DNA of 35,853 nt, from positions 1 through 35,853 of the forward strand of contig CAYXGR010000003.1 of NCBI GenBank assembly GCA_964464525.1, written 5' to 3'. Each line of letters begins with the position of its first letter. Positions within the stretch are counted from its first letter, which is position 1. The notes under the pieces were generated by a model that was not told where the DNA came from, made no database searches, and saw only the letters and a program-made list of their open reading frames with translations. Positions 15,941 through 25,785 of the stretch are shown one piece after another. The translations under genes and the position numbers were made by a program. The stretch is from an uncultured Planctomycetaceae bacterium. GTDB taxonomy: Bacteria > Planctomycetota > Phycisphaerae > UBA1845 > UTPLA1.

Positions 15941-17455
15941 CTAGAAGGGAACTCCGCGGGCTTGTGCTTCTATCCTGCGGCGATTTTTCACCTGTTCCCG
16001 AGCCGCGAATGTATCGCTGTCGGCAAAATTTCGGTCATAAACGAACCCAAAGCCGTAGCTCACGCGAAAGGCATTTCGCAGGACGGCCAGGAAAGTCGCT
16101 GCGGGTGACGATCCGACATTGAGCGTGTCATTGGGACGCAGATAGAAATCCGCCGCCTTGCCGGCGAAGATCGCATCGAGATCGATCTGGATTGTCTGCT
16201 CCTGGTCCTTGCTCACCCGGCGGGTCAACTCCGCCCGCGACGGCCATGCCAACGGGCTGAAACCGCCCGCGGACACGATCGCCTGTTTCACGTTGATCCG
16301 GCGACCGGTCAGGTTGTAGGCACCGGGCCGGGCCACATTTCCACCGACAAAATACTCGCCGACGTTGCCAAGCGGGATATTGATCAGGTCGTTTGGCCGG
16401 ACCACGATATTGTAGCGGGGATCGCCCTCCATTAAAGCCTTCACGGGAATCTCGATGACCCGCACCATTGGACCCCAATCTTCGGTTTCTTCCTCCTCGG
16501 CCTCCTCGACATCCGGTGGGACCGGCATGTTCTCCGGCGGTCGATCGGCCGGGGCGGAGGTCGCGGGTTCATCGGCCGGGGCTCGAATCACCCATTCGCC
16601 GGTGGCCGGGTCATATTCGGGAACTCCGGGCCGACTGCGTGGCTTTCCCTCGAGGATTTCCAGTTCATCGATGCCGCCGGCCGGACGACTTGACGGACGG
16701 CTTGTCGGGGGCGGTTCGATCCCTTCAGCGGACAACATCAAGGGCGCCTCGGAAGACGCGGTCTGGTCGGCGGATTTAGGACTCGTATCCTCCGACATTG
16801 TTTCCCGCTGGTAGGCCGCGCCATGGCGGATGACGTATAAAGTTTCGGCCTGTTCGGACACCCCGCCGGCGTCGGCAAGTGCACTGGCCAGCCGAAAATC
16901 CGGTTTCGGCAAGGGAAAATTACCCGGTCTGGGCACCTGTCCCATGACTGTGAACTGGGAGGAGGAGGATTGGAGTATCGTGACCTGCACATTGGCGTCG
17001 AGAAGAATCTCCGCCTTGCGTAATTGCTCCGTCAGCTCCAGTTCCAACTCACGAGGTGTGAGTCCGGCGACCTTGATGGGTCCCAACATCATGATTGTGA
17101 CATAGCCGAGATTTCCCACCAGCAATCGCTGCTCGGTGGGCAAACCGGGGGTTTGTAATTCGAAAATGATGATCTGGAGAAAGTCACCAGGGCCGATGAG
17201 CTGTGCTTCGTATTCGACCGTCATGTCATCGGCGGTGGGTTCTTCGGCATCCTGTATGCCGAGGGGTTCTTCGAGAATACTCATATAATCACGAATATCG
17301 AGGGAGACAGGGTCGCGGAAATTACCCACCTGGGTCGGATCGGAAAAACCGTTTAGGAGCCAGTTCGCGCTTCCACAGCCGGTCGACGTCACCAAGAGGA
17401 TCAGGACCAGAAGCGCCGAGGCTCCGATGGAAATCCTTATGGTTGGGACAGACAT
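15941..17455 (-). CDS. Wza-like polysaccharide export protein (Poly_export plus SLBB domains) with a low-complexity insert
   Basis: The Poly_export-like block is PGDFLQIIIF...LGYVTIMMLGPIKVAGLTPRELELELTEQL...VQVTIL. The SLBB-like block is EYFVGGNVARPGAYNL...VKQAIVSAGG. Starting at the ATG at 17455 gives a signal peptide ending in a lipobox-like TSTG|C. In-frame alternative starts are at 17518 and 17566. Confidence 0.85.
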   Translation of the reverse strand: MSVPTIRISIGASALLVLILLVTSTGCGSANWLLNGFSDPTQVGNFRDPVSLDIRDYMSILEEPLGIQDAEEPTADDMTVEYEAQLIGPGDFLQIIIFELQTPGLPTEQRLLVGNLGYVTIMMLGPIKVAGLTPRELELELTEQLRKAEILLDANVQVTILQSSSSQFTVMGQVPRPGNFPLPKPDFRLASALADAGGVSEQAETLYVIRHGAAYQRETMSEDTSPKSADQTASSEAPLMLSAEGIEPPPTSRPSSRPAGGIDELEILEGKPRSRPGVPEYDPATGEWVIRAPADEPATSAPADRPPENMPVPPDVEEAEEEETEDWGPMVRVIEIPVKALMEGDPRYNIVVRPNDLINIPLGNVGEYFVGGNVARPGAYNLTGRRINVKQAIVSAGGFSPLAWPSRAELTRRVSKDQEQTIQIDLDAIFAGKAADFYLRPNDTLNVGSSPAATFLAVLRNAFRVSYGFGFVYDRNFADSDTFAAREQVKNRRRIEAQARGVPF

Positions 17456-18072
17456 TGAATCCGGTGTTGGCTGAATACCGGATTGGCAGAGTGTATCGGG
17501 TTGATTTTTTTGAATCATGGGGTGTTCCAGTTTGAAGCAGGGATTCGATTCATTAAGCGCGATCAATGTTCATCCAGTTGCATGGGCTTCGAGATCACTC
17601 ATTTTTTTGGCCTACGGAGTTCACGCGCCAACTTCTGATCGTTCTTATCGACCGGTAATAAATCCGAAAAACATTCGAAACCGCCTTATTGATCCCTGAA
17701 ACAGGAAACGTTCCCGTACCGGCAAATGCCGCGGAAGTCCCGGCAGAATCGGCGATATAGACCGATAACAATTTGGGTGTATTAAAAATAAGCTACATTT
17801 CCGCTCCATGATCCGCGGCGGCAACCCTGATAAGTGCCAGATAGCTCTTCGCGTTGGGCGGGCCGATTCCGCGCTTCTTTATCCCTCTCGACTCTTACGC
17901 GGGACGGCACCTCGGGGTTCCTGGATGAATTGGGTGACATATTGGGCAAGGGTCGGAATGTGAAGAAGAAAACGGGGATTAGGGAATGAAGTGGATGATC
18001 GGTCGACCGCGTACGATCAACAGATGGGTCTGATGACCCATCTTACAACTGATTCGACTGCGCCGGGGTTCA

Positions 18073-18098
18073 CACCGGTTGGAATCCGGTGCCACAGA
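18073..18098 (+). repeat. conserved hairpin element, copy 1 (CACCGG-TTGGAAT-CCGGTG-CCACAGA)
   Basis: The stem is ACCGG(18074-18078)/CCGGT(18086-18090). 23 of 26 nt are identical to 24115-24140. Differences fall only in the loop (2) and one position 3' of the stem. Confidence 0.7.
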
Positions 18099-18262
18099 CT
18101 CGGGTGAACTGTGATGGACCCTGAAAGGAGCGATTTTGATTGGGTGGGCCGATTTGGCCGATATTGACAGGGCCGCCCGGCGGATGTCAGTGAACTCGAG
18201 TGATACTGAGATCGAAGAGGGATATCCGGTGGGCGCAAGCCGGTTGTGAGGCGACAAAGACT

Positions 18263-18976
18263 ATGGAGATACTGATTCTGGGTGCAGGTGGGCATGGTCG
18301 CGTCGTGCTTGATATTCTTCTTCAGGCCGGGGAACACAAACCGGTCGCTTTTCTGGACAACAATTTCGCACTTCACGGGAGGCGGGTGGATGGTTTGCCT
18401 GTTCTCGGCGATATGTCGCAGTTGGGGGAACTTCGGCAGAGAGGGATCGAGCACGCCGTCATCGCGATCGGCGACAACGGTGTTCGAAAGGCTATGGCCG
18501 ACACCCTTGAACAGAACAACTTTGAGTTGATCAATGCCATCCATCCGTCCGCTCAGCTCGCGACGAGTGTATCGGTCGGGAAGGGCGTTGTGATCGCCGC
18601 TGGCGCGCTGGTCTGCGCACATTGCCAGATCGGAGATTATGCGATCCTCAACACGGGTTGCATCGTGGATCATGAATCCATGATCGGGACGAGCGCACAT
18701 ATTTGTCCCGGCGTCCGGCTGGCCGGTCATGTCACGGTCGAATCCGCCGCCTTCATCGGGATCGGCGCGACCGTGGTGCAGGGCCTGCGAATTGGTTTTG
18801 AATCCATCGTCGGGGCTGGAGCCGTCGTGACTGAAAGTGTCGATCCTATGACTACAGTTGTCGGGGTTCCGGCGCGCGTGGTGAAAGACGCACCCTCGGC
18901 GAACGAATTCACGGCGTTGATGATGCCGCGTGTTCAAATGGATCCGAGGGATCCGATGCGTGTACCTCAGAGGTGA
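18263..18976 (+). CDS. NeuD/PglD-family sugar acetyltransferase (N-terminal Rossmann-like domain plus left-handed beta-helix)
   Basis: The N-terminus is MEILILGAGGHGRVVLDIL, followed by hexapeptide repeats (IHPSAQLATSVSVGKGVVIAAGALV...IGDYAILNTG...GHVTVESAAFIGIGATV). The ATG at 18263 is preceded by GAGGCG. Confidence 0.8.
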   Translation: MEILILGAGGHGRVVLDILLQAGEHKPVAFLDNNFALHGRRVDGLPVLGDMSQLGELRQRGIEHAVIAIGDNGVRKAMADTLEQNNFELINAIHPSAQLATSVSVGKGVVIAAGALVCAHCQIGDYAILNTGCIVDHESMIGTSAHICPGVRLAGHVTVESAAFIGIGATVVQGLRIGFESIVGAGAVVTESVDPMTTVVGVPARVVKDAPSANEFTALMMPRVQMDPRDPMRVPQR

Positions 18977-20702
18977 TGCCCACTGGCGTCGGGTTCCAGG
19001 GATGGACACCTGTGGTGGAATCACAGCGAAAGAATCGGTAGTGCGGCGATTCCAGGGGTGATTGAAATCGAATCTCCACCCCCCGAACGATACCGTTCAT
19101 CACTTTCACGATCCGGCCGGTCAGTTCTCCCGCCTTGAATACATCTCCCTCTTGTCTAGGCCGGCCGCGGCGCGAGCCTAACATGCCGAGATAGCTCGTC
19201 AGAAACCCATCGCTGTTTGCCGTCATCCGCAGTGTGTAATCGTCGATCCGATGAATCGTCACGTGTTCCGCGTCCGTGAGAAACGCCGCGCGGATGCCTT
19301 TTACTCCTTCTAAAGCCTCGATATGTGTCTGCACGAACAGCACCTCCCAATCTCGGCCGACGTTTAGAAAAAAGGCGCAATCGCCGGGCCTCATATCATG
19401 ATCGAATTCCTTCGCTACGGATTGTGTGAAAGCGGCGCAATCAGACTCGACGAATCGCATGAGTTGGGAAGCAGATATAGCGGAAACGCCCTGAAATAGC
19501 ACAAATAGAACGAAAGGAACTTTTCGAATGTGGCGTGTTTTGTCTTCATGCGAGCCTATCAGCCATGCGCCGACGAGAAACACAAACCCGATACTGGGGA
19601 GGACCATCACACGGTCATCGGGCACGGTGCAGGCCAATAGAGGAAGAAACGGAAGGATCCATAGTGCCATTAAGATTGTGCCGGGTTGACGGCGACAGCG
19701 ACGCCACAGCATCCTCGCAAGCAGGATCCAGCCTGCCGCGCCGATGATGCAGTAGCTGACTATCCAAACTTCGCCGCGCGGTCGCAGATAGAGTATGAAC
19801 GGACTGACGGGGATCATCAGTGAAGACAACAACAGCACGATACGGCCGGGCGCTGCGGACAGGTAATCCAGAGGCGCAGAAATAGGATTGAGCATCACGA
19901 CACTGTTGGAACCGTAACCCATTCCTACATAAAAACCAAGCCAGACTAAACCTATGGTGGTCAATATTGCCGAGAGGCCGAATATCCGACGAATCGAAAA
20001 ACGCATATCGCCGGGCTTAAGCAGAAAAAAAACCGGGATCACCGCCAGCGCAAGGCAGGCCTCCTTGGAGCCGAGTGCCAGGGCGTAGCAGCCCGCGGAC
20101 AGGATCCCTCGCCATCCTCCGCCGCAGAGCAGAAATCGAACGCCAACCGCCATCGAGGCCGCGGACAATACCAATGCCACAAGATCGGACTGCGCGGAAA
20201 TGAATACGATAGGAATCGCATGGCCGGCGAGGACTGTAAATGTCAGAACGCCCCATCTGGACAATCGCTCGTTATTGCTGACTACGCGGAACAGTGCGAG
20301 CACCCAGCGAACCCCGATCGCGTAGAGAATAAGACTGACGGCGTGATAGCCGACTGGATTTCTCCCGAACAGGAGAAACTGGCCATAGAGGAACCATTCC
20401 GAGACGGGTCGCCAATGTTGGTAGCGTAATTCGTCCTCGACCCACCAGGGCAACAGGCCAGTCTCTCGGGCGATGCGGTTTTGCTCGTCGCCGGCGAGAA
20501 AGCGATAGAGTTCGAGCGAGGGGCGCTGCCCGGCGTGAAACGACTCGAGCGATTGGAAGTGATGCCAATCGTCGAGGACCAATCCCCAGCCGAGTGATCG
20601 ACCGTATAAAAGCAGAATCAGACAGGCCAGAACCAGACCGGGTCGGCGTGTGGTTTCAAACCAGAGTGCGATGCGATTTCGTGGTGGCTCGATCGGGCTC
20701 AT
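18909..20702 (-). CDS. polytopic membrane protein, GT-C-like (PMT_2/ArnT-like) putative glycosyltransferase with a soluble C-terminal domain
   Basis: It has more than 10 predicted TM helices and a first-loop acidic motif LVLDDWHH. The C-terminal roughly 200 aa is non-membrane. The ATG at 20702 lies 10 nt after the gyrB stop, whereas the ORF-track start at 20774 would overlap gyrB. Confidence 0.6.
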   Translation of the reverse strand: MSPIEPPRNRIALWFETTRRPGLVLACLILLLYGRSLGWGLVLDDWHHFQSLESFHAGQRPSLELYRFLAGDEQNRIARETGLLPWWVEDELRYQHWRPVSEWFLYGQFLLFGRNPVGYHAVSLILYAIGVRWVLALFRVVSNNERLSRWGVLTFTVLAGHAIPIVFISAQSDLVALVLSAASMAVGVRFLLCGGGWRGILSAGCYALALGSKEACLALAVIPVFFLLKPGDMRFSIRRIFGLSAILTTIGLVWLGFYVGMGYGSNSVVMLNPISAPLDYLSAAPGRIVLLLSSLMIPVSPFILYLRPRGEVWIVSYCIIGAAGWILLARMLWRRCRRQPGTILMALWILPFLPLLACTVPDDRVMVLPSIGFVFLVGAWLIGSHEDKTRHIRKVPFVLFVLFQGVSAISASQLMRFVESDCAAFTQSVAKEFDHDMRPGDCAFFLNVGRDWEVLFVQTHIEALEGVKGIRAAFLTDAEHVTIHRIDDYTLRMTANSDGFLTSYLGMLGSRRGRPRQEGDVFKAGELTGRIVKVMNGIVRGVEIRFQSPLESPHYRFFRCDSTTGVHPWNPTPVGITSEVHASDPSDPFEHAASSTP

Positions 20703-20712
20703 CGAACGGGGG

Positions 20713-23352
<2,640 letters not shown>

Positions 23353-23439
23353 CTATCGTGGCTGTCGATCCGCGTGGATCCTCCACCCTGGGATGGAGTG
23401 GCACACCGTCCGGCATTGTCGCGGTCTCAAAAAGGTCAT

Positions 23440-23913
23440 TCATCGTTTCTTCGGCGGAGAAGTGGATTTTTCTCCGCTCTCACCCATTCCCGCCCGAAAT
23501 TCAATGCATCCGACTCGAAATCCTGAAATATGGGCGTTCAAGTCCAAAAGCAAGGTGCTGTGAAATTGTCGATGCAATATGAATCCCGTAGCGCGGCTAT
23601 CGACCGATACATGGAGCCGGCCATGTTCAAAATACTCCACACGACTTCGAGATCGGTAAGCCTCGGGCACAATCGCTTTCCAAGCACTCTCCAGCTCCCG
23701 CAGGCGTTTCGCGGACCGTTGAATGCCTCCCGACAACAACGAAGAGGCCAAATCTCCCAAGGTCGTTGAACGGCGTCCAAGGGATCGCCTCTTCAGGTTG
23801 TGTCGTCTCCAGAATGCCTGTTGTGCCTCATGTGTGGAGAATTCCAAGCCCTCCGCTTCCAGGATCGCGCGTCGTTTTGAAGTTGGATTAGATTGTTTTC
23901 GTGGGAAGATCAT
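23440..23913 (-). CDS. dciA: DUF721/DciA-like protein (putative replicative helicase operator)
   Basis: The DUF721-like core is LGDLASSLL...LRELESAWKAIVPEAYRSRSRVEYFEHGRLHVSVDSRATGFILHRQF. It sits between dnaN and gyrB. The start is uncertain: ATG at 23913 (157 aa), ATG at 23964 or GTG at 24036. Confidence 0.65.
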   Translation of the reverse strand: MIFPRKQSNPTSKRRAILEAEGLEFSTHEAQQAFWRRHNLKRRSLGRRSTTLGDLASSLLSGGIQRSAKRLRELESAWKAIVPEAYRSRSRVEYFEHGRLHVSVDSRATGFILHRQFHSTLLLDLNAHISGFRVGCIEFRAGMGESGEKSTSPPKKR

Positions 23914-24114
23914 TGTTTCTGCAATAAAATTCGATCCGCACAGCGGACTCCACGGGGTTGCCATTCGTACCGGCTGGACGATGAGGCTCCCTGTCTCCAA
24001 CGAAGAATAGATTGAAGCACCCGGCACCCATGCCACATAATAGGCCCCCTTTGGATTCGTTCTTCAAAAGTGCATCCTCAATCCTGTGTCGCGAGGTTGG
24101 AAAGTCGAGATCCG

Positions 24115-24140
24115 CACCGGCTGGAAACCGGTACCACAGA
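24115..24140 (+). repeat. conserved hairpin element, copy 2 (CACCGG-CTGGAAA-CCGGTA-CCACAGA)
   Basis: The stem is ACCGG(24116-24120)/CCGGT(24128-24132). It lies 17 nt from the dnaN stop, in the dnaN-dciA spacer. 23 of 26 nt are identical to 18073-18098. Confidence 0.7.
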
Positions 24141-24156
24141 AGTCATCGGTTGCGCC

Positions 24157-25251
24157 CTAAGATAAATTGACCGGCATGACCACGTATTGAAAATTCTTCC
24201 CGCTGCGCAGGAGTCCTGGTTTGCCGGGATCCTTCAATAGCAGAGTTGTTGTGTCATCGCACACTTTCAATGCATCGATAAGGAATTCGGGATTGAAACC
24301 GATCCGCAAATTGGGGCCGTTGTATGTCACATCCAGGCGGACCTGAGCCTCGCCTTGCTCGGCCGATCGGCTTTGAAGCTCCATGACACTCCCCTCCAGC
24401 TTCATCGAGATGCCCTTCGACTCCACATTCGCGAGGAGGGCGGCACGGCGGGCGGCGCTGAGGAATTGACTTGTTTCGACCGAAAGCTCCTTGTCGTTAT
24501 CCCGAGGGACAACATCCTCCCACTTCGGAAAATTGCCTTCGACGAGAACGCTGCTGATGGTGACACGCTCCGATCGCATGATGATCTGATTAGAGGTGAC
24601 ACGAACATCCATCGTTTCGTCGGCATTGGAGTGGAATTTTCCCAGAAGACCGAGTGCCTTGGTAGGCACAATAGCCTGTATGTCATCGCCGATTGATTTT
24701 TCAAGCGAGGCGTTTGACATTGCCAATCGGCGACCATCGGTGGCGACGAGCCTTAATTGCTTGTCATGCTTTTGCCACAGGATACCGTTGATGGCGTAGC
24801 GCGTGCTCTCACGGGCGGCGGCGAATAATGTTTGCTCGACGGCTTCGCGAAGTGGGCCGATCTTAACAACGATATTGGCCTCGCCTTCCATGTCCGGGAC
24901 AGGGGGGAACTCGCGGGCATCGTTGCTCAGGATCTGAAAATGGCTGTCCTTACCCCGGATGTGGAGTGTGTCTTCCGAGGTTTCGAAGGCCATCGTCTCG
25001 TCCGAGGATTCTCGAACGATTGCCATGAGTTTATCACAGGGAACCAGGGTCTCTCCCGGCTCCGTGACCTCCACCTGCCGGACGCGAAACCGAAGGCCGA
25101 CTTCCTGATCGTAGGTCGTCAGTGTCAACCCTTCGGTTTCCGCTGTGAGACGGACACATTGAAGGATGGGTTTGGGGGTGCGGGTGAGGGTCACGCTTGA
25201 AGCCGCCGAGAGACCCTCTTGTAATGTCGATCGATCGCAGATGAACTTCAT
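24157..25251 (-). CDS. dnaN: DNA polymerase III beta sliding clamp
   Basis: The 364-aa ORF shows typical three-domain clamp features (MKFICDRSTLQEGL..., RYAINGILW, NPEFLIDALK, QYVVMPVNL) and sits next to dnaA. Confidence 0.95.
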   Translation of the reverse strand: MKFICDRSTLQEGLSAASSVTLTRTPKPILQCVRLTAETEGLTLTTYDQEVGLRFRVRQVEVTEPGETLVPCDKLMAIVRESSDETMAFETSEDTLHIRGKDSHFQILSNDAREFPPVPDMEGEANIVVKIGPLREAVEQTLFAAARESTRYAINGILWQKHDKQLRLVATDGRRLAMSNASLEKSIGDDIQAIVPTKALGLLGKFHSNADETMDVRVTSNQIIMRSERVTISSVLVEGNFPKWEDVVPRDNDKELSVETSQFLSAARRAALLANVESKGISMKLEGSVMELQSRSAEQGEAQVRLDVTYNGPNLRIGFNPEFLIDALKVCDDTTTLLLKDPGKPGLLRSGKNFQYVVMPVNLS

Positions 25252-25390
25252 TTTGATTCCGCCGTCCTCGTTTTCAATTTCACCAACATGACAACAGATG
25301 TCCTCGGAAGAAAATCTTTGTGGTTCAGCATCTCGTTCCGATAGTTGGACACATTGACAAATGACACAAACAATTCGTTGATTCTACTAC

Positions 25391-25430
25391 TAGTAATATA
25401 TATATAGTTTTCTTATTCTTATTCTATAAT
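25391..25430. other. AT-rich putative DNA unwinding element
   Basis: The sequence is TAGTAATATATATATAGTTTTCTTATTCTTATTCTATAAT. It includes an (AT)n run and a TTCTTA/TTCTTA/TTCTAT 6-nt tandem. This is among the most AT-rich stretches in the window. Confidence 0.6.
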
Positions 25431-25494
25431 GCCTGTCATTTCCGGCGCATTTTGTCGTCACCGTGCGTAATCTCATGGGGGGCTTGATCATACC

Positions 25495-25503
25495 GTATCC
25501 ACG
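25495..25503 (+). promoter_or_regulatory. DnaA box, 7/9 match (GTATCCACG)
   Basis: Compared by eye with the consensus TTATCCACA. Confidence 0.45.
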
Positions 25504-25541
25504 CTCATTCGTCCACGGTGTATACCCTGTCATCAAGGGTG

Positions 25542-25550
25542 TGTGGATGG
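25542..25550 (-). promoter_or_regulatory. DnaA box, 7/9 match (TGTGGATGG on the plus strand, i.e. CCATCCACA)
   Basis: Compared by eye with the consensus TTATCCACA. Confidence 0.45.
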
Positions 25551-25574
25551 CAGGATTTAGCATGATTCGAGACA

Positions 25575-25583
25575 TTATTCACA
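25575..25583 (+). promoter_or_regulatory. DnaA box, 8/9 match (TTATTCACA)
   Basis: Compared by eye with the consensus TTATCCACA. Confidence 0.6.
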
Positions 25584-25628
25584 TTGGCGTCGGCCTTCCT
25601 CTCTTGCAATTTCGTCTGTCGACTCAGC

Positions 25629-25637
25629 TTATCCACA
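25629..25637 (+). promoter_or_regulatory. DnaA box, perfect consensus (TTATCCACA)
   Basis: The exact 9-mer was read at 25629-25637. Confidence 0.8.
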
Positions 25638-25785
25638 TAGATTCTCAACTTCTTGTCACATTCAGGCAGGAATAGGAAATGGCGATTGTGGGCTGAGAGA
25701 TGAATCTCAGCCCGGCACGGCGACCGCATGCTCATGGGTGCGACTCTGATCAGATGCGGCCGGACAGGATTAGTCAACTGAGTCG

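Larger units (their letters stand above)
25252..25785. other. candidate oriC (dnaA-dnaN intergenic region with a DnaA-box cluster and an AT-rich unwinding element)
   Basis: The 534-bp non-coding spacer contains one perfect and three near-consensus DnaA boxes (25495-25637). A roughly 40-bp AT-rich element (25391-25430) lies on the dnaN side. Confidence 0.7.

Noticed and set aside
18074-18090. tRNA-like T-arm (ACCGG-TTGGAAT-CCGGT)
   Set aside because: No complementary acceptor stem lies at the expected distance: the 3' flank GCCACAG has no CTGTGGC partner upstream. No D or anticodon arms could be built. The element is better explained as a repeated hairpin.
18017-19024. 335-aa minus-strand ORF antisense to the acetyltransferase gene
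   Set aside because: The plus strand encodes an unmistakable NeuD/LbH protein. The antisense product is Arg/His/Pro-rich and featureless.
25387-25406. DnaA-trio-like trinucleotide periodicity (TAC TAC TAG TAA TAT ATA) next to the AT-rich element
   Set aside because: Only two triplets fit the published trio pattern, and the run lies about 90 nt from the nearest box rather than adjacent to it. It cannot be distinguished from a generic AT-rich sequence by eye.
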